Shown here piece after piece: positions 29,469 through 40,600 of a stretch of DNA of 64,000 bases. This DNA is from an uncultured Clostridia bacterium (GTDB taxonomy: Bacteria; Bacillota; Clostridia; TANB77; CAG-508). Where the stretch lies: contig CAKPFO010000001.1 in the NCBI GenBank assembly GCA_934153805.1, positions 31,080-95,079 of the forward strand. The letters are read 5' to 3'. The notes beneath the pieces were generated by a model that was not told the DNA's origin, made no database searches, and saw only the letters and a list, made by a program, of their open reading frames with translations. Made by a program: the position numbers and the translations under genes. How positions within the stretch are numbered: position 1 is the first letter of the stretch; each line of letters begins with the position of its first letter.

Positions 29469-30485
29469 CTATATTTGTTTTATAAAAAAAATTTTTCCTT
29501 TTTTTACTAGAACTTTTATATTTTTATTTGGGGTTAAAAATTTGTTTCCAATATTATTATTGCAAAGTTTTACTATATCTTCTATATGTACTTGCTCTAT
29601 GTTTTGAGCTGTTCCAAGCACTTTATTAATAGTATATAGTATTAATCTGTTTTTTATTACTAAATTTAAATTATTAAACTTTTTTAGGTCTAAAATTACA
29701 GTACTATTTTCTTCTAAGCCTCTATTCCCTAGCTGTTCTTTAATGCAAATGTTTTTATATTCTTTTATTACATTTTCTTCTATGTATTTATTTTCATTTG
29801 TAGCTATTTTAGATAATCTATTTATGCTTGTAATAATATTTGGATTAAATTCCTTTTGGATATATGGAATTAGCAAATTTCTTACCTTATTTCTAGTGTA
29901 AATATTTTCTTTGTTAGTTTTATCTAACTTAGCATCTAGTTTTTCTTTTTCACAATATTCTTCTATTTCTGTTCTAGTACATTCTATTAATGGTCTTATA
30001 AATTTATAATCTCTGATTGGCTCTATTCCTTTTAGTCCAGATGTTCCTGCACCTCTAATAATATTCATTAATACTGTTTCTGCATTATCATTTGCAGTAT
30101 GTGCTGTTGCAATTTTATTTGAATTTGTCTTTACTAATACTTCTTCAAAAAATGAATACCTTAAGTTTCTCCCAGCTTCTTCTGTTCCAACTTTTTGCTC
30201 TCCTGCCATCTTTTGAACATCTGCTTTCTTTACATAGCAATCTATATTATTCTTTTCGCAAAATTCTTGTACGTATTTTGTTTCTTCATCTGCTTCTTTT
30301 CTTATCATATGGTTTATGTGTGCAACTGTTATTCCAAAGTCTAGGTTTGTTTCTTTTCTTATATTTATAAGTACATTTAATAAAGTCATTGAATCTGGTC
30401 CTCCAGACACCCCAACAACTATATTATCTCCATTTTTAATTAAATCATACTTTGTAATTGTATGCCATACTTTTTGTTGTAGCAT
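29469..30485 (-). CDS. tilS: tRNA(Ile)-lysidine synthetase
   Basis: VGVSGGPDS PP-loop. Confidence 0.85.
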   Translation of the reverse strand: MLQQKVWHTITKYDLIKNGDNIVVGVSGGPDSMTLLNVLINIRKETNLDFGITVAHINHMIRKEADEETKYVQEFCEKNNIDCYVKKADVQKMAGEQKVGTEEAGRNLRYSFFEEVLVKTNSNKIATAHTANDNAETVLMNIIRGAGTSGLKGIEPIRDYKFIRPLIECTRTEIEEYCEKEKLDAKLDKTNKENIYTRNKVRNLLIPYIQKEFNPNIITSINRLSKIATNENKYIEENVIKEYKNICIKEQLGNRGLEENSTVILDLKKFNNLNLVIKNRLILYTINKVLGTAQNIEQVHIEDIVKLCNNNIGNKFLTPNKNIKVLVKKGKIFFIKQI

Positions 30486-30520
30486 CTTCTTCTCCTTTTA
30501 ACTACTATAATTATTATACA

Positions 30521-30562
30521 TTTGAGGTTAGAAATTTAAATTTATTCTAATTTCTAACCTCT
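30521..30562 (-). terminator. hairpin after dnaB (GAGGTTAGAAATT...AATTTCTAACCTC) overlapping a TGTATAAT extended -10 for tilS
   Basis: Perfect 13-bp stem. Downstream on the minus strand: AAATGTATAAT, then AAAAGGAGAAGAAGATG. Confidence 0.4.
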
Positions 30563-30567
30563 TTTTC

Positions 30568-31899
30568 TTATTCTCTATATCTTTCTATATTTGCAAATTT
30601 TGTATAATTTCCTAACCATAATAGCTCTACTGTTCCTGTTGAACCTGCACGGTGCTTTGCAAGTATTACCTCTGCTATATTTTTCTTTTCACTGTCTTCG
30701 TTATAATAGTCATCTCTGTATAAAAACATTACGATATCGGCATCTTGCTCTATAGCTCCAGATTCACGAAGGTCAGAAAGCATTGGTCTATGGTCTGGAC
30801 GTTGCTCTACAGCTCTTGATAGCTGTGATAAAGCAACTACTGGTACATTTATTTCCTTTGCTAATATTTTTAAAGAACGACTTATTTCTGATATTTCTTG
30901 TTCACGTGATGCTCCTCTTTTACCTGATCCTTGTATTAGTTGCAAGTAATCTATAACCACAAGTCCTATATTTTTTTCTAATTTTAACTTTCTACATTTA
31001 GCTCTTATTTCCATTATAGATATACCAGGAGTATCGTCTATAAATATGTTAGATTCAGAAAGTAAGCCTGAGGCATCTGCAAGTTTTGCCCAGTCTTCAT
31101 CATCTATTTTACCTGTTCTTACTTTATTACTATCTACCATTGCCTCACTACATAGAATTCTGTTTGCCATTTGTTCTTTAGACATCTCTAAGCTAAATAT
31201 TGCAACTGGTGTATTTCCTCTTGTTGCTGCATATGTTGCTATGTTTAATGCAAATGCAGATTTTCCCATGGCAGGTCTTGCAGCTACTAATATAAGCTCT
31301 GAACCATGAAGTCCTGCTGTTTTATAGTCTAGGTCCGCAAATCCAGTAGGAACACCTGTTATATGTTGTTTTTGATTATATAATTGTTCTAATTGTGTAA
31401 ATGTGTCTACTAATATATCTTTTATAGATGAATATCCTTTTTGATTTTTAGATTGTATTGTATCAAAAATTTTCTTTTCTGCTTGGTCCATTAAAAATTC
31501 TACATCTTGTGTTTCATCGTATCCAAGTTTTATAATATCATTTGCAGTTTTTATTAAATTACGAAGCAATGATTTTTCTTCTACAATTTTTATGTATTTA
31601 TCAACATTTGCTGTTGTAGGCACTTTGTCTGGAAGTTCAGCCAAATATTCTAGTCCACCAACAGCTTCTAGTTGTCCCATAGATGCTAGCTCTGACTTTA
31701 ATGTAATAATGTCTATAGGTTCAGCTCTATTATACAAATTCAAAATTGCACTATATATAATTTTATTATCTTCTCTATAAAAATCGTCCTCTTTTAGTAC
31801 TTCTAGAGCATTTATGATAGCATCTTTATCTGTAAGCATACTGCCTATAACCGCTTGTTCAGCCTCTGTGTCATGTGGTGGTACCTTTCCTAGTTCCAT
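30568..31899 (-). CDS. dnaB: replicative DNA helicase
   Basis: PHDTEAEQAVIGSML N-terminus, Walker A GKSAFALN, RecA-like core. Confidence 0.9.
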   Translation of the reverse strand: MELGKVPPHDTEAEQAVIGSMLTDKDAIINALEVLKEDDFYREDNKIIYSAILNLYNRAEPIDIITLKSELASMGQLEAVGGLEYLAELPDKVPTTANVDKYIKIVEEKSLLRNLIKTANDIIKLGYDETQDVEFLMDQAEKKIFDTIQSKNQKGYSSIKDILVDTFTQLEQLYNQKQHITGVPTGFADLDYKTAGLHGSELILVAARPAMGKSAFALNIATYAATRGNTPVAIFSLEMSKEQMANRILCSEAMVDSNKVRTGKIDDEDWAKLADASGLLSESNIFIDDTPGISIMEIRAKCRKLKLEKNIGLVVIDYLQLIQGSGKRGASREQEISEISRSLKILAKEINVPVVALSQLSRAVEQRPDHRPMLSDLRESGAIEQDADIVMFLYRDDYYNEDSEKKNIAEVILAKHRAGSTGTVELLWLGNYTKFANIERYRE

Positions 31900-31914
31900 T
31901 TTTTTACTTCCTTT

Positions 31915-32358
31915 CTAATCAACAACCTGTACTTTTAATTTTGCTGTTACTCCTTCATATAGTTTAATGTCTACATTTACTGTTCCTAATGTTTTTATTG
32001 TTTCTGTTAAAATTATCTTCTTTTTCTCGATTTCTATTCCATGTTGTGCTTTTAAGTTTTCTGCTATTTCTTTAGAGGTTACTCCGCCAAATATTTTTCC
32101 ATTTTCTCCTGCTTTTACTTTTATTTGTACAGTTAGCCCTTTTAATTTATCTGCTATTTTTATTGCTTCTTCTTTTTGTAAGTCTTTTCTATATTGATTT
32201 GAATCTTGTTTTGATTTTAAGTTTGTTAAATTTCCTGCATTTGCTTCAACAGCTAATTTTTTTGGAAATAAATAATTCCTTGCATATCCATCATTGGCAT
32301 TTATAACTTGGTCTTTTTTTCCGACCCCTTTTATATCTTGTAATAAAATAACTTTCAT
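31915..32358 (-). CDS. rplI: 50S ribosomal protein L9
   Basis: MKVILLQDIKGVGKKDQVINANDGYARNYLFP. Confidence 0.9.
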   Translation of the reverse strand: MKVILLQDIKGVGKKDQVINANDGYARNYLFPKKLAVEANAGNLTNLKSKQDSNQYRKDLQKEEAIKIADKLKGLTVQIKVKAGENGKIFGGVTSKEIAENLKAQHGIEIEKKKIILTETIKTLGTVNVDIKLYEGVTAKLKVQVVD

Positions 32359-32438
32359 CTTATTTACCTCCTTTTTATTCTACTATATTTTACTCTAAAA
32401 AGTCGTTATTTTCAAGGTGTTTTGGATAAAATCTTTAA

Positions 32439-32585
32439 GGACATTTGGGGACGGGTCACTTTTGTCCGATACATAAAATAGTTTTTTGTTGTAAATTCCT
32501 TTATATAAAAAAGAAACATATCATTTTTATCTACTGATATGTTTCTTTTATGTAAAGGACAAAAGTGACCCGTCCCCAAATGTCC
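32439..32585. repeat. 147-bp element bounded by perfect 29-bp inverted repeats (GGACATTTGGGGACGGGTCACTTTTGTCC), with a nested inner palindrome
   Basis: Left arm 32439-32467, right arm 32557-32585 (exact reverse complement). Inner AAGAAACATATCA...TGATATGTTTCTT. Abuts the gdpP stop codon. Confidence 0.65.
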
Positions 32586-32587
32586 GT

Positions 32588-34621
32588 TTAACTTAAAATT
32601 TCTTCAAAATACTCATTTATTTTGTTTATTAGTTCTTGTTTTACCTCTTGTAAGCTCATTCCCTCTACTTGTGCACCAGCTAGTGTTATATGACCGCCAC
32701 CACCAAGTTTTTCTAATATTACTTGCACATTTATATCACCTATTGAACGTCCACTTATGCAAACCTTGTCTCCCAAATTTCCTATTACAAAAGATGCTGT
32801 TATTTCATTTATAGTTAATAATTCGTCTGCTGCTTTAGCACAAATAACATTACTATTTGTATCATTTTCTTCATATGTTGAAATTCCTATAGTATTATTT
32901 ATTATTTCTGCTCTAGAAACAATATCTGATATTTTATGATATGTTTCTAAATCACTTTGAAACCATTTTTTTACTTTGATAATGTCTATTCCAAATTTTC
33001 TTAAAAATGCTGCTGCTTCGAATGTTCTTACACCTGTTTTAAATGTAAAGTTCTTTGTATCCATCATAATCCCTGCATATAAGCCTTCTGTTTCTAGTGT
33101 TGTTAATTCTATATTTTTTTCAGAATATTCTATAAGCTCTGTAACTAATTCTGATGCAGATGAAGCATACACCTCATGGAAAGTAAGAATTGCGTTTTCT
33201 ATAAAATCTGTACTTCTTCTATGATGGTCTATAATAACTATTTTGTTTGTTTTACTTAATAATTCTGGTACCTCTACATAGCTTGTTTTGTGAGTATCTA
33301 CAACAACAAGTAATGATTCAGTATTAATTAATTCTAGTGCTTTATCTTTTCTTATTATGCATTGTCTGTATTCTTCCTCTTGTTTTGCTGCTTCTATAAA
33401 ACTATCTAAGCTCGTTCCAAAAGTTTCGTTTACAACATATGCATCTTTTCCTATTGTTTTAGCTATACGGTAAACACCAAATCCAGCTCCCATAGCATCC
33501 ATATCACTATTAGAATGTCCCATTATAATTACATTAGACGCTTCTTGCATTAACTCTTCTAATGCATGTGATACTATTCTTGCTTTGACCTTAGTCCTTT
33601 TTTCCATTTCTTGGGTTCTTCCACCAAAGAATGTGTATTTCCCATTTTTTCTAATAATTGCTTGGTCTCCACCTCTACCTAAAGCTATGTCTATTGTTGC
33701 TTGAGATGTCTTATATTTTTCGTAATTTGAATTTCCTTCATTCGAAATTGCTATACTTAATGTTGTCTGTATTTTTCCTGGTATACTAATTTCTTTTATC
33801 TCATCCAATATGCTAAATTTTTCATCTTCTAGTTTTTTCAAATTTTCTTGTTCTAGTATAACAACAAAAGTATCTCTGTCTGATTTTACTATTAAGCCTT
33901 TATATTTGCTTGCCCAATCATATAGTTTTTTCTCTATTGTTGCTGTAATTATTGGTCTATCTTCTGCAGATATTCTTTGCATTATTTCTTCATAATTATC
34001 TATCATTATTGTTCCTATACATATTCTAGAATTGTTGTATTTTTCTAAAAGATGTATATTTTGAGTGTTATCAACAAAATATAGTGTTGCCATATATTCA
34101 TTTTCTTTTTTATTGTCTTTCCCCTTTGATTTTACATACTCTCCAAATATCTCATATATTTTATCTCCGATTACAACTTGTTTATTAATTAGCTCTTTTA
34201 GCTCTTGCTTGTTTTCTTCTCTACTATTTTGTATCTCTAGTTTTAACTCTTTTACTATATCATTTAAATATGTGTTTATATCTATATTAGCAAATTCTTG
34301 AATAAATTTTGAACTTTTCCATACTACATTTCCATTTGTTTCTATTACTATTAGTGGAAATGGAGAATTTATTAAAGTACTTTTTGCTGCATTGTCTACA
34401 GTTAAAGTTAAATCTCTTATATGTTCTGAAAGTTCTGTTTTTCTTTTATTATTTGTCCAATATGCATATATTACAATAAGCACAAATATTAATATTGCTG
34501 GCATTATAAAGTGAACCTCATAAAAGCACAATGCTATTAGCAATATTGCTATTATTACTAAATATATTTTAGTCTTTGATACTAGTTTATCAAACACTCT
34601 TATATTATTGTTTTTAGGCAT
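32588..34621 (-). CDS. gdpP: c-di-AMP phosphodiesterase GdpP (2 TM, PAS, degenerate GGDEF, DHH/DHHA1)
   Basis: DHH motif MGHSNSDMDAMGA, DHHA1 GGGH. Conserved gdpP-rplI-dnaB order. Confidence 0.85.
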   Translation of the reverse strand: MPKNNNIRVFDKLVSKTKIYLVIIAILLIALCFYEVHFIMPAILIFVLIVIYAYWTNNKRKTELSEHIRDLTLTVDNAAKSTLINSPFPLIVIETNGNVVWKSSKFIQEFANIDINTYLNDIVKELKLEIQNSREENKQELKELINKQVVIGDKIYEIFGEYVKSKGKDNKKENEYMATLYFVDNTQNIHLLEKYNNSRICIGTIMIDNYEEIMQRISAEDRPIITATIEKKLYDWASKYKGLIVKSDRDTFVVILEQENLKKLEDEKFSILDEIKEISIPGKIQTTLSIAISNEGNSNYEKYKTSQATIDIALGRGGDQAIIRKNGKYTFFGGRTQEMEKRTKVKARIVSHALEELMQEASNVIIMGHSNSDMDAMGAGFGVYRIAKTIGKDAYVVNETFGTSLDSFIEAAKQEEEYRQCIIRKDKALELINTESLLVVVDTHKTSYVEVPELLSKTNKIVIIDHHRRSTDFIENAILTFHEVYASSASELVTELIEYSEKNIELTTLETEGLYAGIMMDTKNFTFKTGVRTFEAAAFLRKFGIDIIKVKKWFQSDLETYHKISDIVSRAEIINNTIGISTYEENDTNSNVICAKAADELLTINEITASFVIGNLGDKVCISGRSIGDINVQVILEKLGGGGHITLAGAQVEGMSLQEVKQELINKINEYFEEILS

Positions 34622-34695
34622 AAATTTCTCCTTTTTATTTCTTTTATATCACATCTTATTTTACTCTTTTTTGCCTATTTTGTCAAATTTGAAAG

Positions 34696-35988
34696 CTAGT
34701 TTGAAATTTTTTTTATAATGTTATCACATTTTAAAGCCACATCATTTTCTATATTTTTTGTTAATTTTCTATCTTCCATTAAGATATTTCCATCTACAAT
34801 TGTTGTACATACATTGCTTCCTTTTACATTATAAACAATCTCTGAGATTATATTATTTACTGGTTTAGTAAGTACTGTATCTAAGTCTAGTATAATTATA
34901 TCTGCTCTTTTACCTATTTCTATACTGCCAACTTTATCTTCTAAACCTAAAGTTTTTGCTCCATTTATAGTTGCCATTTTTAAAACCTCATAGGCTGGCA
35001 AAAGCTTTGGATTTTCTGTAACACCTTTTTGTAATAATGCTGTATATTTCATTGCTTCAAATAGGTCTAAATTGCTTCCACTTCCTTGCCCATCCGTTCC
35101 TATAGAAACATTTATGCCATCTTCTATCATTTTGCTTATTTTTGCAATTCCACAACCTAATTTTAAATTACTTACTGGACAATGAGCTACGCTAATATCC
35201 ATACTTTTTAAATTTTCTATATCTTCATTTTCTAGTTTTACACAGTGTGCTAATATAGTTTTTACATTTTTAAATTCTTGTAATAATACTTGCATAGGCT
35301 CTTTATTATAATTATTTTTTATATCTTCTACTTCTTTTTGGTTTTCACAAAAATGCATATGAATGTGTAAATTGTTTTTCTTCGCAAATTCAATACACTT
35401 TTGCACATATTGTAAAGAAGATGTGTATAATCCATGTATTCCAACATTAAAAGTTAGCTTTGAATTTTTATTTTTGTATTTGTCTATTAGTCTTTGTAAT
35501 TCTTGTAATCTTTTTTCTCCTGCTTCTACTCCATCTATATCTTGCAGTGTTCTAGTAGTTTGCAAACGAATTCCTGTTTCTTCCATTGCTTTTATTATTT
35601 CATCAGTCATAAAATACATGTCATTTATTGTTGTACAACCTGTTTTTATCATCTCTATAAATGATAAATATGATGCATAATAAATATCTTGTTCTTGCAA
35701 TTTATCTTCCATTGGCCAAATTTTGTCATTTAACCATTCTTGAAGATTATACCCATCTAATGTTTCTCTAAATATACTCATAGGTATATGTGCATGTGTA
35801 TTTATTAGACCTGGCATTACAACCTTTTTCTTTGCATCTATTATTTTTATATTTTCATCTAGTTCTTTTAAGTTTTTACCGATATTTTTTATTTGTCCAT
35901 CTTCTACATATATATCTATTTGTTCTTCTACTTGTTTTCTTGTTTCATCCATTGATATTAGTGTTGCATTTTTTATTCCTAATTTCAT
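34696..35988 (-). CDS. amidohydrolase, MtaD-like 5-methylthioadenosine/S-adenosylhomocysteine deaminase family
   Basis: PGLINTHAHIPMS metal-binding motif, 430 aa. Confidence 0.7.
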   Translation of the reverse strand: MKLGIKNATLISMDETRKQVEEQIDIYVEDGQIKNIGKNLKELDENIKIIDAKKKVVMPGLINTHAHIPMSIFRETLDGYNLQEWLNDKIWPMEDKLQEQDIYYASYLSFIEMIKTGCTTINDMYFMTDEIIKAMEETGIRLQTTRTLQDIDGVEAGEKRLQELQRLIDKYKNKNSKLTFNVGIHGLYTSSLQYVQKCIEFAKKNNLHIHMHFCENQKEVEDIKNNYNKEPMQVLLQEFKNVKTILAHCVKLENEDIENLKSMDISVAHCPVSNLKLGCGIAKISKMIEDGINVSIGTDGQGSGSNLDLFEAMKYTALLQKGVTENPKLLPAYEVLKMATINGAKTLGLEDKVGSIEIGKRADIIILDLDTVLTKPVNNIISEIVYNVKGSNVCTTIVDGNILMEDRKLTKNIENDVALKCDNIIKKISN

Positions 35989-36310
35989 TCTAAATCACAT
36001 TCCTTTCATTTTTATTATTTTCTCTATTTCTACTTATATAATACATTACATCATATTAGTTTTCAATGTTTTTTTAGAATATAATTGATTTCATAGTTAT
36101 AATAAGATAAATATAAGATTAGAATGTAGTGACGAATGCGCATGGAAAAATTTTAGAAATTCTACGATATTTTATGGAAAGAGTTCATTTTTAATGGAAG
36201 GGTGCCATAAAATGAGGTAGAATTTCTTAAATTTTGTAATAAGCCGAGGAATGAAATGATAATCTTATATTTATTTTATTATAACTATGCTACTTTTTAA
36301 GTAAACAATT

Positions 36311-36350
36311 AAATGAGTTAGAAATATTTACTTTTCTAACTCATTTAATT
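36311..36350. terminator. bidirectional terminator (TTAAATGAGTTAGAAA-tatttac-TTTCTAACTCATTTAA)
   Basis: Perfect 16-bp stem. Marks the left end of the T4SS-like module. Confidence 0.5.
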
Positions 36351-36351
36351 T

Positions 36352-37596
36352 CTATTTTTCAAAAGATAATATAAAATCTGTATTTTCTTGTAATCTCATT
36401 ACAAAGTTCTTTTCTCTTTTTTCTGCTACTGAACTATATCCATCTTTATAAGGTACATTTATAACATAATTTTGACCTTGCTCTTGTATAGTTATCTTCC
36501 CTAGCACATTATATTCAAAAAATGTTTCCTTTGCATAATTTTCAAATTGTTCTAATGTTGCAAAATTTGAACTTTTAAATTGAGAATCTAACAAGTTATA
36601 TACACTCTCATATTCTTTATCATCAATTAGTTGATATACTCTTTTAATATTCTCTTCTACTTTCTCTGTTGGGCTTAATGCTAAATATTTGTTTAAATAT
36701 TCTTCATTTTCCTTATTATCTTCTTGTATTTCTATTGTATAATCTGTATATTTATATTCTTTAATTATATATGTTTTACCATATGTATCTACTATTGTAT
36801 ATTGCGTGCTATTGTCACTTGCCTTTACACTACTTTCTACTATTGCTGTGTCTGATAATTTTTCTTTATTATTTTCTATATATTTTTTATATTTATTTAT
36901 GTCATTACCAAATTTTTGCGATTTATAGCCTTTTTCTAATATTGTAAATGCTACTTCTGGTTTTGTTAATTCTAGTTGCAAATAACTATAGAAATACTTA
37001 CTCATTACTTGCTCATTTGATAAATCTTTATCTTCTATTTTATTATAGTCATTGCTTTTTATTTCTATACTTTGTAGATACTTTGTATCTACATTATTTT
37101 CTTTAGCATTTTTATATTCTGTTTCTGTAGATTTTCTTATATTATAAGATTTAGTAATATAATCAACATTTATTACAAAATATACATTCTTATCATCTAA
37201 TGTTGTTTCTGCAAAATATGTTGTATCATTTATTCTTTCTATTTTATAGATTTGTTCAATTTTAAGATAATATACCTCGTCAAACTTTTCCGTTTTTTCT
37301 TCTTTTTCTAATATTGCCGCTAATTTTTCTTCATTTGATTCATTACTATATTCTATATAATTTTCTATACATTTTTGAATTATAACATATCCTTTATACG
37401 ATGTTTCTTCACGAATGTCTAGTATATCTTCATTTGAAACTTCAGAATCAAGATTTCTTATTTCTTCATCTTTTAATTTTGGAAGTAATATGACTATTGA
37501 CAATGTTGTAATTATTATCAATATTATTAGTAGTATTATTAATATTTTCATTTTTTTCATTCTTAATACCGCTTCTTTCCAAGGATGTTTTTGCAT
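36352..37596 (-). CDS. membrane-anchored hypothetical protein (N-terminal TM, large extracytoplasmic domain). Possible TcpC/Orf13-like component
   Basis: Single N-terminal TM. No motifs. Position next to the hydrolase as in Tn916 orf13. Confidence 0.3.
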   Translation of the reverse strand: MQKHPWKEAVLRMKKMKILIILLIILIIITTLSIVILLPKLKDEEIRNLDSEVSNEDILDIREETSYKGYVIIQKCIENYIEYSNESNEEKLAAILEKEEKTEKFDEVYYLKIEQIYKIERINDTTYFAETTLDDKNVYFVINVDYITKSYNIRKSTETEYKNAKENNVDTKYLQSIEIKSNDYNKIEDKDLSNEQVMSKYFYSYLQLELTKPEVAFTILEKGYKSQKFGNDINKYKKYIENNKEKLSDTAIVESSVKASDNSTQYTIVDTYGKTYIIKEYKYTDYTIEIQEDNKENEEYLNKYLALSPTEKVEENIKRVYQLIDDKEYESVYNLLDSQFKSSNFATLEQFENYAKETFFEYNVLGKITIQEQGQNYVINVPYKDGYSSVAEKREKNFVMRLQENTDFILSFEK

Positions 37597-37679
37597 TCCT
37601 TTTTTATAAAATTTTTGAGATTATAAAGTTTTGGGCGATTGCTAATCGCCCTTATTATATTATTCTTTATACATATATA

Positions 37680-40600
37680 TTATTCTGGAATTAGCTCTAC
37701 TACACCAATTATACCTCTAAATGCTCCTGGGAAAATGTGCTCTGAAACATTTGAAGTTATATTTCCATTCCATACGCCTGTATGAACATGTCCTGCTAAA
37801 ACACTCTTAACTTTTGTATTGCTTGAATATATATAATCATTTAATAGAGTATTCATACTACTATTGTTTCCAATAATCCATTTGTAACTATTGTTTGCCC
37901 AATAGTAAACTTGATTATTATGCACACTTCTGCACCATTGTTCTAGTCCTGATGCATCTGTTTGAGAAGCAATTGGAACATGTGATGCTAATATTACAGA
38001 ACCTGTTGCACTTTTTATTAATGATTGTGCTTTTGTTGTATCCACACTTGCGTTAGCTGACCAGTTTAGTCCTACAATTCTTACTCCACCTAAATCTATA
38101 TATTTAGAATCTGAGTTTCCATCTAAACTACTATGTTTAGATAGTGCATATGAAACATCATGATTTGTTCTTCCTGTCCATGCATCATGGTCATCTGTAG
38201 AACCTCTTATATACATTTTCTTTATACTAGACTTCAACTTTTTATATCCGTCAGATAACACTTTATAGTTATTATCACTATAATAATCCATAAGGTCTCC
38301 TCCAAATATAACTGCATCAAAGTTGTTGTTATTTATATAGTCTATTATTTGTGGCCATAAATCTTCACTATGTACCGTTTTGTCATCAGTAACCATCATA
38401 TTATATCTACTAGCAATTTCACTTTCTGAACTAGTAACATCAGAACCCCTATTAGTATAATCTGCTACTATATGTGCATCACTTACCCATGCAATTTTTT
38501 TACTGCTACTTAAATTTGGTATTTTTATTGTTACCTTATCTTCAGCAAATGAATATGTTGGTACCTCTTTTTTATCTCCATCTGGATATGATGTTATAAG
38601 TACACTTCCATTTTTCATATTATTTGTAATTCTTGAAAGGCTTACCCAGCCATTTTTAGCTGAATTTACTGTACCTGGGTTAGATACATATACTTGGTTT
38701 ACTCCATCTTTATTTCTAAAGTCTAACAATACCATGTAATGTCCTGTGCTACTTGTCCATTCTCCTTTTACATTTACTATTATTGGTCTTCCTGATTGTA
38801 AATGTGTTATTATTTCTTTTTCTGTAAGAGGTCTGTATGGTCTTTCACTTTCTATTCCATGATTTTTTAATATTTCTTGTAGATTTTTTGTTACTCCACC
38901 AACTTCTACTCTAATAGTTTCTGGAGTAACATCTTGACCATAGCCTTTTAGAATAATTGCTATAGAAGTTATGCTACATCCGCTACTTTTCATTGTTCCA
39001 TCTGCAAATTTATGGTCTGACCATGAAGCACCTGAGTCTTGTTTATATGCTGGATATGTATGTCCATTAACTGTATATCCATCTACATTTTCTGTACCTT
39101 GTTCTTCTTGTTCAAATTGAATTCCTAGCAATTCATACATTTTCTTTACATATGATGTAACATTTCTTACCCATCCATCACCTTGTGTAGGATATTTTGT
39201 TGTATTTGGGCAATATGTATAACCTATATCTTTAATGGTTATCTTACCTTGAGCAAAATATATACTACCTTTTGCCATATTTCTCATTACTGTTTCTACA
39301 TTTTCTTGTGGAGTTGCGTATGTTTTTCCTAAATTCCAACTTAACCAGTTATTGTCGTTTTTTACATATGATGTATTAGCTGTACCTATATTGGTTTCTA
39401 TATGTCCAAATGCTAATACAAATATTGCATTTACTTTATATTGGTCTTGACATGATATTAATGTATCCACTAGACTTAATGCATTTTTTCTTTCATTTCC
39501 AGAAAATACAGCTGTTATTATTGCTATTAATTCATCTCTTGTTGGTGCTCGTAAAGCTCCTTCTTCATCTGTTTTTACTATTATATCATCTATATTTAAG
39601 TCCTTGTATTCTTCATCTGATATCGGTTCATCAAAATCTTTTAGTAAGTTTTCTATGTCTGGCTCATTTTCTGGAAGCGTCATTAAATATTGCATATGCT
39701 CGGCTAAACCAGTCATCTTATTTTTGTATTGGCTGTTAGTATCATCTTCTGCACTTGCGTTTTCATCACCTTCCATATCTTGTCCCATTAAACTATATAG
39801 CATATCTATTGAACTTTTTAAAAATGGGTATGGCTCTGCTTGCACATTGGTTCCTGGTAATGTATATGATACATTTTTTCCAGATTTATCAAAAACAGAT
39901 TTTTTTGCACATTCTATTGCTTTTCTTACATTATCATAACAATCATCTGCATTTTCACATTTTCCTGTAGAATTTCTTAATAGTCCTAAAAATTGTTTTG
40001 ACTTTTCTATTGGCTTTCCCAACATTACCGGTGGATTATATTTAGTTTCTGTTACAGTTGTTTCTACTGATGTTGTCTTAGCTACCATCATATCAATTCC
40101 ATACCAACGTTCTTGTGTATAAACAATTTCAGTTCCTCCATATGCACTTTCTTGTTCATGTCCACCATATGGAGTATAACCTGGAAGCTCTGTTGGTAAT
40201 GAGTATGTTGCTGTATATGGTCCTGATGTCGACGTAGTTACCTTTGTAGTTTTTGAATGCATATAATTTATATAGAAACTCCATGTATTAATAAATTGTT
40301 CATTTAAATGTGGTACCATTGTTGTTGTTATTATTTCAGTTTTTGTCTTTTCTGTTTTTTCTGAGGTTTTTGAAGCACTAGAAGTTGCACTACTAGTAAA
40401 ACTTTCATATGATTCAAGTTTTTTCTCTTCCAATATTGTTACATGTTCCTCTGTTGTATCATCTTGTACAGCAAGTATCATTTGCGTCTGTCTTGCTAAC
40501 ATTGCTACATGATATACAAATTCTGGATTTCTTGTAATTAAACACAAATTTATTAAAAATTCATATGGCATTGTATATGCACTTATTTTGGTTTTATAAT

